Shown here: piece by piece, positions 17,954-26,790 of the stretch
Numbering within the stretch: the stretch's first letter is position 1
Layout of the letters: each line of letters opens with the position of its first letter
Source of the DNA: Candidatus Yanofskybacteria bacterium RIFCSPHIGHO2_12_FULL_45_19b
GTDB taxonomy: Bacteria > Patescibacteriota > Minisyncoccia > 2-02-FULL-40-12 > IGHO2-12-FULL-4
Assembly: GCA_001794605.1 (NCBI GenBank)
Contig: MGKD01000013.1
Coordinates: forward strand, 13,463-77,462
Direction: 5' to 3'
DNA: 64,000 nucleotides
Program-made: the position numbers and the translations under genes
Notes under the pieces: generated by a model
Seen by the model: only the letters and a program-made list of their open reading frames with translations
Told to the model about the DNA's origin: nothing
The model's database searches: none

Positions 17954-19088
17954 ACTGGCGAGTCATCTGTTCTTGGGTGAAGTGCTTGATAATATTTTGG
18001 TGAGCGGCGATGGCCAAGTCTTGACGCAATCGATCAGAAGCCAAAACCGTTTCGATATTACGAGCCAAACGGTTGGGGTTTCTAATCGCTACCACCAAAC
18101 CATTTTCTCCAGAATTAATTAGTTCAGGAATTGCTCCCACCGCCGTCGCTACCACCGGGACCTGGGCGGCCATGGCTTCGAGTACTGACCAGGGAAACCC
18201 TTCTTTGTTTGAGGGCAGGACAAATACATCAAAGGCTTTAAGATAACGTTGGGCCTCGGTTATTTTACCAAGCAAGAAAACTCGCTTCTCTTGACGCAGT
18301 GTTTTAATCAAGCGCTCTAGTTCTGGTCTTAGCCTACCATCGCCGATGATCAAAAAAATTGCCTCTGGGTTAGTAATCTGGGCGGCGGCGCGGATAAAAT
18401 TAGCCGTGTCCTTGGCTGGATAGAAGTTGCCGATCGTGCCAACCACTAAATCAGTTGGCGGGTTGGCCTTTCCAATTTTACTAAATAGTTTTTCTCTCGC
18501 CTCACTGCGTGGTATGAATTCCAAATAGGGATCAATGCCGTTAGGTATGTAAATCAACTCTTTGCGCGGCTTGATGCCTAGTTGTTCAGCTAACTGTCGG
18601 TCGTTTTGGTTGTTAACCACGATGATATCTTTCCAACGAGCACTCAATTTCTCTAAAAGAATATAGAATTTTTTTCGCCAGTAAGACCAGGGGTCATTAA
18701 AAGTCCAACCACCGATGCGGTAAATTACCTTGAGCCAGGGCAGGCGACGTGGCCAACGGGCGGCCAGTGCGCCAATAAAACCAGCTTTGGTGCCATTTAA
18801 AAACAGGACATCTGGCTGGAAGTCTTTAATTAGGGCGCGCAATTCTGATACAGCGCGCAAATTAGCTTGCCAATTACCGTCACGTTGCAAATAGGTTAGT
18901 TGCTGGGTGGCAACCGCTTTTGCTTTCAGTGCCGAATTCAAGCCAGCATCGCCCTCGCTACCAATTGCCACTAAGCACTGAAAGCGATTTTCAGCTAGTT
19001 TGGGGACGAAATTATTAAAAAATTGCTGGGCGCCACCGAGCTCAGATTGAGTGACTACAAAGAGAATTCTGCGCTGTTTTCTAATCAA
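17928..19088 (-). CDS. GT4 glycosyltransferase; native start (20039) cut off by IS insertion
   Basis: ELGGAQ, FVLPSNKEGFPWSVLEAMAA; pre-insertion N-terminus reconstructs as MESKIKRRILF. Confidence 0.85.
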   Translation of the reverse strand: MIRKQRRILFVVTQSELGGAQQFFNNFVPKLAENRFQCLVAIGSEGDAGLNSALKAKAVATQQLTYLQRDGNWQANLRAVSELRALIKDFQPDVLFLNGTKAGFIGALAARWPRRLPWLKVIYRIGGWTFNDPWSYWRKKFYILLEKLSARWKDIIVVNNQNDRQLAEQLGIKPRKELIYIPNGIDPYLEFIPRSEAREKLFSKIGKANPPTDLVVGTIGNFYPAKDTANFIRAAAQITNPEAIFLIIGDGRLRPELERLIKTLRQEKRVFLLGKITEAQRYLKAFDVFVLPSNKEGFPWSVLEAMAAQVPVVATAVGAIPELINSGENGLVVAIRNPNRLARNIETVLASDRLRQDLAIAAHQNIIKHFTQEQMTRQFTRLLDEG

Positions 19089-20017
19089 TAGCTTGGAACC
19101 GCTTTAATGATTTCCATCGGGGTTTTAAAGTTTAATCCCATGTGTGGCCGCTCTGTATTGTAGTATTGAATAAACTCTGGTATTTCTTTTTGCCATGCCT
19201 CCATAGTTCTTGGTATCCGATGCAGACACTCTTTTTGTAGGGTTTGAATGAATCTTTCCACATGAGCATTGTCAGTTGGTGTTCGTACTCGGGTGTGCCG
19301 ATGTTCTAAACCATCATGGATGGTAATCTTGGTAAACCATTTAGCAAACTCCGAGCCATGATCCGTCTGGATGGTCTTGAACGAGAACGGAGCTTGCTCC
19401 CGTGCCGTCCGCATGAAACTGCTGGTGGCTCGACAATTCACCGCCAGCGCTGGTTCCGCATAGGCCCAGCGGGAGCAGACATCAATCAAGGCATAGGCGG
19501 ATAACCTTTCTGCTGGTATCCCCTCATGTACAGCATCAATTTCCACTAACCAGCCTGGTTTTTCTGGCATGGGCCGTTCCGGATACTGGTGCCACTTCTT
19601 CCATTTGGAATACTTTGATATACCATATCTTTTTAGTATTCGTTTGACCGTACTCAGACTGACTACAATATTTCTTTCTGTGCCCAGTCGGTGATGCAGA
19701 ATCTCGGCACACTGACTCCGTTCGCTTCTTAACTCGAGAATCTGTTTCACAATCTCAAGATCAATCTCATTGGGGTGATGGTCTGGTCGTGATGATCGGG
19801 TGGGCAAGAACTGACTGTTGTGGTGCAAGAGCTTGGCTCGTGCTACCCATTTCACCACGGCACTATGGGTAAAGCCAAAGTGCCGTGCCACCGCTCTAAC
19901 ACTCCATCCGGACTGGACTAACCGTACCGCTTCCATCCTGATCCGAGGCAATCGATTGTATATGCTGTACATTCTCATATTCTAGCAGGGGTGGTTCCAA
20001 GGTATTGAACCATGACA
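19075..20017 (-). mobile_element. IS481-like element 1 (943 bp), 5-bp TSD TGCGC
   Basis: TGT...ACA ends; IRs GGTTCCAAGCTATTGA / GGTTCCAAGGTATTGA; TGCGC at 19070-19074 and 20018-20022. Confidence 0.9.
19085..19978 (-). CDS. IS481-like DDE transposase (HTH + rve integrase core)
   Basis: VEID, IQTDHGSEF, NAHVERF and YNTERPH motifs. Confidence 0.92.
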   Translation of the reverse strand: MRMYSIYNRLPRIRMEAVRLVQSGWSVRAVARHFGFTHSAVVKWVARAKLLHHNSQFLPTRSSRPDHHPNEIDLEIVKQILELRSERSQCAEILHHRLGTERNIVVSLSTVKRILKRYGISKYSKWKKWHQYPERPMPEKPGWLVEIDAVHEGIPAERLSAYALIDVCSRWAYAEPALAVNCRATSSFMRTAREQAPFSFKTIQTDHGSEFAKWFTKITIHDGLEHRHTRVRTPTDNAHVERFIQTLQKECLHRIPRTMEAWQKEIPEFIQYYNTERPHMGLNFKTPMEIIKAVPSY

Positions 20018-20022
20018 TGCGC

Positions 20023-20051
20023 TTGATTTTACTCTCCATTTGTGGCAGAAT
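20023..20051 (+). promoter_or_regulatory. sigma70-like promoter (leaderless), abutting the IS TSD
   Basis: TTGATT-17-CAGAAT with TG extension, ATG 8 nt downstream. Confidence 0.55.
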
Positions 20052-20059
20052 AACACAAA

Positions 20060-21208
20060 ATGTCTGATAATGCAAAACCGGTTTTAGTTTTCACTACTGC
20101 CTATCAGCCGCGCGCTAGTGGGGCAGAAATTGCTCTGGCGGCGGTGGCTGAAGGTTTACCACAGATTGATTTTCACATTCTCACTCCACGCTATTACTCC
20201 TCCTCTGCCAAGCTGGAGCAACAAGGGCATATCACCATATATCGTCTAGGCTGGGGTATTTGGTTAGATAAGTGGTTATTCCCTATTTTGGGGTTTTTCG
20301 CCGGTCTAGGGCTCTTAAAACGTCATCCGAGGGCATTGCTACATGCTTGGCAAGCTTCGCAGGCGGGCGGAGCGGCTTGGCTACTGCGTTGGTGGTCCGG
20401 TCGGCCGCTACTGCTTACTTTACAAGAAGGCGAGCGTTTAGACCGTCAGGTTTGGTGGCTGAGATTTTTTCGCTGGTTAATTATCCGTCGGGCCGATCAG
20501 GCAGTGGCGATCAGTCAGTATCTAAAAAAATTCATTCAGACCAGTGCGCCAAACTTGCCCGTAACGGTGATTCCCAACGGCGTTGCTTTGGAGCAGTTTA
20601 CCCATTTATCCAGCTACGGCGAACAAGCTCAGTTGGCTGATCAGTTAGGCATTCGTCCGGGGGATAAAGTGTTGATCCATACCGGAAGACTAGCCACTAA
20701 GAATGGTCTGATCAATCTTCTAAAAGCTATTCCCTTGGTACAAGAAAAACTTTCTCAGACTACAATTAAGCTACTACTGGTTGGCTCTGGCCCAGAAGGT
20801 GATAAATTAGCTAGTTTGGCGCATGAATTAGGAATTGAACAGCAGATTATCTGGATTAAACAGGTTAACCAGGTTCAGTTGGTTAAGTATCTACAATTGG
20901 CCCAGGTGTTTATTCGCCCCTCCTTAACCGAGGGGTTGGGTAATTCTTTTTTGGAGGCCATGGCGGCAGGAGTAGTGATTGTTGGTTCGGGGGTGGGAGG
21001 AATTATTGATTTTCTAAAAGATAGCGAGACTGGTTTGGTTTGTGATCCGCTTAACCCAGCGGATATTGCTGAAAAAATTTATCGACTACTGGATAATAGC
21101 GCGCTTAAACAGAAGCTGGCCGAAGCAGGACAACAGCTAGTATTAGAAAAATATGGCTGGGAGAAAATTGCCACTCAGTATGCTAAGCTTTATCAAAGTA
21201 TTAAATAG
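20060..21208 (+). CDS. GT4 glycosyltransferase
   Basis: SGAE, IPNGV, GRL..KNG, RPSLTEGLGNSFLEAMAAG. Confidence 0.9.
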   Translation: MSDNAKPVLVFTTAYQPRASGAEIALAAVAEGLPQIDFHILTPRYYSSSAKLEQQGHITIYRLGWGIWLDKWLFPILGFFAGLGLLKRHPRALLHAWQASQAGGAAWLLRWWSGRPLLLTLQEGERLDRQVWWLRFFRWLIIRRADQAVAISQYLKKFIQTSAPNLPVTVIPNGVALEQFTHLSSYGEQAQLADQLGIRPGDKVLIHTGRLATKNGLINLLKAIPLVQEKLSQTTIKLLLVGSGPEGDKLASLAHELGIEQQIIWIKQVNQVQLVKYLQLAQVFIRPSLTEGLGNSFLEAMAAGVVIVGSGVGGIIDFLKDSETGLVCDPLNPADIAEKIYRLLDNSALKQKLAEAGQQLVLEKYGWEKIATQYAKLYQSIK

Positions 21209-21210
21209 GT

Positions 21211-21915
21211 ATGAAGCTTTCTATTGTTATCCCAGTTTTTAACGAGAAGCATAGTCTTAAAGAACTTTTGCGCCGAGTCGAAACGGTTGATTTGGGTGTG
21301 GTTGAAAAAGAGATAATCATTGTTGATGACTGTTCCACTGATGGTACTACCCAATGGCTGAAAGAACTTGAAAATCCAAAATACAAAACAATCTATCATT
21401 CTAAGAATCAAGGAAAGGGGGCGGCTTTGCGCAGTGGGTTCGCGCTTGCCAGCGGCGACATTATTATCGTGCAGGATGCCGACTTAGAATATAATCCGGC
21501 TGAGTATCCACAACTGATCGCGCCGATTGTAGCGGGTGACGCCGATGTGGTTTATGGTTCACGTTTGGTTACCGCCTTGCCCCACCGGGTACTTTATTTT
21601 TATCACTATTTAGGTAATAAATGGTTAACCTTTTTATCCAATTTGTTTACCGGTCTGAATCTTTCTGACATGGAGACTTGCTATAAGGCATTTTCACGTC
21701 AGGCTTTGCAAGCGATCCTGCCTCGTTTACGAGCAAAGCGTTTTGGTATTGAACCAGAACTTACTGCCCAGGTAGCCAAACATCAACTACGCGTTTATGA
21801 AATTGGCATCTCGTATCATGGTCGAACTTATAAAGAAGGCAAAAAAATAAATTGGAAAGATGGCTTGGCAGCGATTTGGCACATTGTCAGGTTTAATTTA
21901 TTTACGAGAAAATAA
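21211..21915 (+). CDS. GT2, polyprenol-phosphate glycosyltransferase (DPM1-like)
   Basis: IPVFNE, VDDCSTDGT, NQGKGAA, QDADLEY, DMETCYK, FGIEPE. Confidence 0.9.
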   Translation: MKLSIVIPVFNEKHSLKELLRRVETVDLGVVEKEIIIVDDCSTDGTTQWLKELENPKYKTIYHSKNQGKGAALRSGFALASGDIIIVQDADLEYNPAEYPQLIAPIVAGDADVVYGSRLVTALPHRVLYFYHYLGNKWLTFLSNLFTGLNLSDMETCYKAFSRQALQAILPRLRAKRFGIEPELTAQVAKHQLRVYEIGISYHGRTYKEGKKINWKDGLAAIWHIVRFNLFTRK

Positions 21916-23072
21916 TGGAAAAGCAAAATAAAATTCTGATTGCTACCGGAATCTTTCCACCAGAAGCAGGGGGGCCAGCTTCTTACGCCCAAGCCTTGGC
22001 AAAAAAGTTGGCACCAGAAAAGAAGGTAGCAGTGGTAACCTATTCACGCCGTTGGGGAGATAAAACGGATAAGTTCCTACCCTTTCCAGTAATACGCATT
22101 TGGAAAGGTTGGCCAAAAGTTTGGCGTCATGTAATTTATTTATTTAGACTATTTACGGCTAGCCAGGGTGCTAGCACAATTCTTGCACTTAATACGGTTA
22201 GTTCTGGTATCCCAGCCACGTTGGTGGCGCGCTGGCGTAAACAGCGTCTGGTAGTGCGGATTGTGGGGGATTATGCTTGGGAGACGGCCGCTAATACCGG
22301 TAAAACTTTTTTTCTTTTGAATGATTTTCAGAAAGCGCCACAGCGTGGGAAAATCAAATTATTACAGAATTGTCAGCGCTGGGTGTGTAAGCAGGCTGAC
22401 TCAATCATTGTCCCATCAGAATATCTCTCTGGCATTGTACAGGGTTGGGGAGTTAAGGCGGAAAAAATTAAAGTTATTTACAACGGAGTAGATTTTCCAG
22501 TTAGCGAGCTTAGCCAGGAAGAAGCCAGAAAAAAAATCGGCATTGCTGGGAATATTATTCTTTCCAGTGGCCGTCTGGTGCCTTGGAAAGGCTTTAAGAT
22601 GTTAATTAAGTTGATGCCACGCTTGTTACAAATTAACCCCTTCTTTCGTCTAGTGATTTTGGGCTCTGGGCCAGATGGGAAAACCCTACAGGCGATGATT
22701 AATAATTTAAGGCTAGAAAAGAAGGTGTACTTGTTACCAGTGCCACGCGCTGAAATCCCACTTTATCTAAAAGCGGCTAGTATCTATGTGTTGAATACCG
22801 GCTATGAGGGTTTTTCACACCAAATTTTGGAGGCGATGCTTAGCCGTGTGCCGGTAATTACTACTCGTGCCGGTGGCAATCCAGAGGTAATTCGTCAAGG
22901 CGAGAATGGCTTCATGGTCAATTATAACGATGAGTTTAATTTGGTGGAGGCAATTAAAACCGTCTGGCAGGGGGAGGAGTTGCGGGAACGCTTTGTCGCC
23001 AATGGATTAATCACTGTTGAACATTTTAGTTTGGAAAAAATGTTCAACGAGACTATGGCGGTGTTAAATTAA
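21915..23072 (+). CDS. GT4 glycosyltransferase
   Basis: FPPEAGGPA, GRLVPWKG, YEGFSHQILEAM. Confidence 0.9.
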   Translation: MEKQNKILIATGIFPPEAGGPASYAQALAKKLAPEKKVAVVTYSRRWGDKTDKFLPFPVIRIWKGWPKVWRHVIYLFRLFTASQGASTILALNTVSSGIPATLVARWRKQRLVVRIVGDYAWETAANTGKTFFLLNDFQKAPQRGKIKLLQNCQRWVCKQADSIIVPSEYLSGIVQGWGVKAEKIKVIYNGVDFPVSELSQEEARKKIGIAGNIILSSGRLVPWKGFKMLIKLMPRLLQINPFFRLVILGSGPDGKTLQAMINNLRLEKKVYLLPVPRAEIPLYLKAASIYVLNTGYEGFSHQILEAMLSRVPVITTRAGGNPEVIRQGENGFMVNYNDEFNLVEAIKTVWQGEELRERFVANGLITVEHFSLEKMFNETMAVLN

Positions 23073-23075
23073 TTT

Positions 23076-24188
23076 ATGGCAAAGTTATTAATGATTACTG
23101 GTTTGGGCAGTGCGAGAGATCTCGCTTCTGGAAAGCGGGGAGCTTTTTATAATACTTTGGAGGAATTTCATCGTTATTGGGAGAGAATTGATATTATTGC
23201 TCCGAGAGTAAAACAGCCAGTCGGCAATCTTTTCGGTAATGTTTTTATTCACACCTCGCCCTGGCCATTACTTCTTCACCTAGTGTTTTTTATTAAAAAA
23301 GCTATGACCATTTATCGTGAACAAAAATTTGATTTGATGACGGTACATGAGTTCCCCCCTTTTTATAATGGCTTAGCGGCGCGTTGGTTGTGGCACAAGC
23401 TCAAAATTCCTTATATTATTGAGATCCATCATGTTACTGGTTATCCTAAACCTGGGAGCATGAAAGAACGTGTTTACCTATCTCTAATGCATTGGTTTGT
23501 TGCTTGGGATATAAAACCAAGCAAACAAATTCGGGTGGTTAACCAAAAACAGGTGTCAGAATTTTTAATTAAGGCTGGAGTGGATCAAGCAAAAATTAGT
23601 TATATCCCATCCCTATATATTGATTTGGATGTTTTTAAACCACTGGTTGAAGAAAAAAAATATGATCTGATTTTTATCGGCCGTTTGGTGGAAAATAAGG
23701 GGATCAATTTATTTTTGGAAACGGTAAAAAAAACTGGTTTGAGTGGTGCGATTATTGGCACTGGCCCACTCCAGCATGAGATTAAATTGAAAATTGAAAA
23801 ATGGAAATTAAAAATTGATTTTCATGGTTGGGCTAAAGACGCAAACGCAGTGGCACACCTGATTAACCAATCGAGACTCCTGGTAATGCCTTCCTATAAC
23901 GAAGGCGGTCCTCGAGTGGTGGCTGAAGCGATGGCTTGTGGGGTGCCCTTTTTGGCTACTCCGGTAGGAATAGTGCCGGACCTGATTAGTCAAGTCGAGG
24001 TTGGTGAGGTTATACGGTGGGATGTTCTCGACATTCAGCGAAAAGCCGAGGCTCTGCTATCTGATCCGGAGCGCTATAGTCGCTACTCTAAGGCAGGCCC
24101 CATTTTAGCCAAGCAGTTTGAAAAAAAACAGGCGATTAAGCACTATGCTGATTGGTTAAAATCTTATATAGATAGCGAGAGCTTATAA
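23076..24188 (+). CDS. GT4 glycosyltransferase
   Basis: GRLVENKG, PSYNEGGPRVVAEAMACG. Confidence 0.9.
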   Translation: MAKLLMITGLGSARDLASGKRGAFYNTLEEFHRYWERIDIIAPRVKQPVGNLFGNVFIHTSPWPLLLHLVFFIKKAMTIYREQKFDLMTVHEFPPFYNGLAARWLWHKLKIPYIIEIHHVTGYPKPGSMKERVYLSLMHWFVAWDIKPSKQIRVVNQKQVSEFLIKAGVDQAKISYIPSLYIDLDVFKPLVEEKKYDLIFIGRLVENKGINLFLETVKKTGLSGAIIGTGPLQHEIKLKIEKWKLKIDFHGWAKDANAVAHLINQSRLLVMPSYNEGGPRVVAEAMACGVPFLATPVGIVPDLISQVEVGEVIRWDVLDIQRKAEALLSDPERYSRYSKAGPILAKQFEKKQAIKHYADWLKSYIDSESL

Positions 24189-24201
24189 TTGATTAAATAA
24201 T

Positions 24202-25260
24202 ATGGCCGGGATTTTGATTATTACTCAAAAAGTTGACCAGGATGAGCAGTTGCTCAGTTTTTTTATTGGTTGGTTGTCTGTTTTTGCTCAACATTTTGAA
24301 CGGGTTACAGTGGGTTGTTTGCAAAAAGGAGAGTTTAGTTTGTCGAGTAATGTTTCGGTGGTTAGTTTTGGAAAGGGGGCCGGGCTTTCTAAGTGGCGCC
24401 AGCTAGTTAATTTTTACAAATTAATTATTGGCAGACAACATGAGTATCAGTCAGTATTTGTGCACATGAATCCAATTTGGGTAATTTTAGGGGGTTGGTG
24501 GTGGCGGATTAAGGGCAAAAAAATTTCCCTTTGGTATGCCCACGGTACAGTTTCTTGGAAGTTGCGACTAGCAGAGAAGTTTGCGCATGTTATTTTCACT
24601 TCAACTAGTAAGGGCTGTCGGATTAAGAGTAATAAACTGCAAATAGTGGGCCAAGGTATTGATACTGACTATTTCAAAGTTGGTTCGCAACCAGATTCCT
24701 TTTCTCATACTCCTCGGCTGGTGAGCATTGGTCGCATTGCGCCTTCTAAGGATTACGAAACCTTAATAGTGGCGGTTAAGCAGTTGGTAGCGCAGGGCCA
24801 GGCTTTGTCAGTAGAGATTGTTGGCGGAATCGGTGTGCCGGAAGACCAGGCTTATCTGGCAAAATTGCAGGCATTAGTTAGGGATAACCAGCTGGAACAA
24901 ATTTTTGTTTTTAAAGGAGCGCTACCCAATAAGACAATTTTGCCAATCCTGCAATCCGCTGATATTTTCTTGAATATGGGGCAAACTGGTAGTTTGGATA
25001 AGGCGATACTGGAGGCGATGGCTTGTGGTACGCCAGTTTTGAGTTGTAATGAGGCACTAGCGGAGGTCTTAGGGGTGGAAAACAGTCATTTGATGTATCC
25101 CAAAAAGGACCCTCAGGTTCTGGCTCAGAAAATAAGAATGATTTTACAACTTACACCAGAAGAACGACAGAAACTGTCAGCTAAGTTACGTGAAGTCGTG
25201 GTCTCAAATCATAATCTGCCGAATTTGATCAAAAAAATTAGTACAACACTAGCCACGTAA
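24202..25260 (+). CDS. GT4 glycosyltransferase
   Basis: GRIAPSKD, GSLDKAILEAMACG. Confidence 0.88.
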   Translation: MAGILIITQKVDQDEQLLSFFIGWLSVFAQHFERVTVGCLQKGEFSLSSNVSVVSFGKGAGLSKWRQLVNFYKLIIGRQHEYQSVFVHMNPIWVILGGWWWRIKGKKISLWYAHGTVSWKLRLAEKFAHVIFTSTSKGCRIKSNKLQIVGQGIDTDYFKVGSQPDSFSHTPRLVSIGRIAPSKDYETLIVAVKQLVAQGQALSVEIVGGIGVPEDQAYLAKLQALVRDNQLEQIFVFKGALPNKTILPILQSADIFLNMGQTGSLDKAILEAMACGTPVLSCNEALAEVLGVENSHLMYPKKDPQVLAQKIRMILQLTPEERQKLSAKLREVVVSNHNLPNLIKKISTTLAT

Positions 25261-25264
25261 GACC

Positions 25265-26425
25265 ATGAAAGATAAAGGCGTCATTGTTACCGGACATCCT
25301 TATGCTTATCCTTACTACTTTAAGGTTTTTACTTTTGTGGATAAGGCAAAGTTTATTTTTGTTTTACCCAAAATCTGGCGGGCTAGGTTGGTTATAAAAT
25401 TAGAAAAGATAGCTGGCTTTAAAATTTATGGGCTAAATGCTCTATCATATGGGAGGCAGTCGTTTTTTGGTGGGCAGTTCAAGGGTTGGTTACCGGGGAT
25501 TTTGTGGCTTCTGCCCTACTTGAGGTTAAGATACCAGCCCCGTGTTTTATACTCCTGTTCCGAACCAAATTTGTTAACCACGCTGTTTAACGGGTTAGTG
25601 GCAAAGTGTTTTGGCCTACGTTACGCTATTTTTACTTGGCAGAATATTCCAGCAGAAAACAGGTTGCATGGTATTAAGTTGAGACTATCGTTATTTTTGG
25701 TTCGACTAAATTTATGGTTAGCAGATGGTGTAATTTGTGGCAATAAAAAAGCCGAGTTAATCGTAAAACAGTTAAATAAAACAATAAAAACCGCCATTTT
25801 TCCCTTAAGCGGGGTAGATGTCGAGCGGTTTAAGCCAGGTCTAGTTTCGGATTGGAAGCAAAGACTAAACTTATTTGATCACAAAACAATACTTTTTTAC
25901 GGAGCCTTAGACAAGAGAAAGGGGTTGAATATTCTGCTCGATGCCTTTAAGATAGTTCAGGATCAATCCAGCAAATTGGTGGTGGTCGGCCGTGGTCCAG
26001 AAGCGGAAAAGTTAAAACAACAAACCAGTTTATTAGGGTTGGGTGGCAGAGTGATATTTATTGACTGGATGGATAACGCAAAATTACCAGAGTTGTTGAA
26101 TACTGCAGATATTTTTGTTTACCCTAGTGTACCAGTAGGTGGCTGGGAAGAGCAATTTGGTTACGCTATGGCTGAGGCCAGTGCCTGTGCGTTGCCAGTG
26201 ATTTCTACCCAGACTGGTTCGATTGCAGAAGTGGTGTTAAATGAAAAAACCGGAATTCTGGTAGAACCCAATAACTCTACCGCTCTGGCCCTAGCTTTGG
26301 ATAAGTTGCTGGCGGACCGCGCGTTAAGAGAAGGATGGGGGCATTGCGGGCGTGATTATGTGGTGGAGAATTATAGTCACAAGAAAATTGCGGAGCAATT
26401 AACTAATTTTTTGTTCAATTTATAG
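25265..26425 (+). CDS. GT4 glycosyltransferase
   Basis: PS..WEEQFGYAMAEASACALPV. Confidence 0.88.
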   Translation: MKDKGVIVTGHPYAYPYYFKVFTFVDKAKFIFVLPKIWRARLVIKLEKIAGFKIYGLNALSYGRQSFFGGQFKGWLPGILWLLPYLRLRYQPRVLYSCSEPNLLTTLFNGLVAKCFGLRYAIFTWQNIPAENRLHGIKLRLSLFLVRLNLWLADGVICGNKKAELIVKQLNKTIKTAIFPLSGVDVERFKPGLVSDWKQRLNLFDHKTILFYGALDKRKGLNILLDAFKIVQDQSSKLVVVGRGPEAEKLKQQTSLLGLGGRVIFIDWMDNAKLPELLNTADIFVYPSVPVGGWEEQFGYAMAEASACALPVISTQTGSIAEVVLNEKTGILVEPNNSTALALALDKLLADRALREGWGHCGRDYVVENYSHKKIAEQLTNFLFNL

Positions 26426-26427
26426 TT

Positions 26428-26790
26428 ATGTTTTATAAGCTACTTTTGCTAATGGGGGTAGGTTTTAATGTTCTGGCGCAACTTCTTTTGAAGCAGGGAA
26501 TGGCTGGACTAGATATTATTTCTACCAACCTTACGCTGTTTGGCAAGATTAAATTACTGTTATTTAATCCTTTGTTCTGGGGAGCAATTTTGAGCTATGG
26601 AGCAGGGTTTGTAATTTATGCGGTAGTTTTATCTAAAATAAATTTAGGGGTGGCTTATCCAGTGGCCAGTGTTTTGGCAATCGTTGCTATCTATCTTTTC
26701 TCATTATTTTATTTTAATGAATCTTTAACTACCATTGGTGTAGCTGGGGTTATCTTATGTATCACTGGAGTAGCGTTATTACTAAAATAA
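26428..26790 (+). CDS. SMR/EamA-like small membrane protein (ArnE/F-like lipid-sugar flippase candidate)
   Basis: Four TMs; AQLLLKQG, LSKINLGVAYP, FNESLT motifs. Confidence 0.75.
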   Translation: MFYKLLLLMGVGFNVLAQLLLKQGMAGLDIISTNLTLFGKIKLLLFNPLFWGAILSYGAGFVIYAVVLSKINLGVAYPVASVLAIVAIYLFSLFYFNESLTTIGVAGVILCITGVALLLK

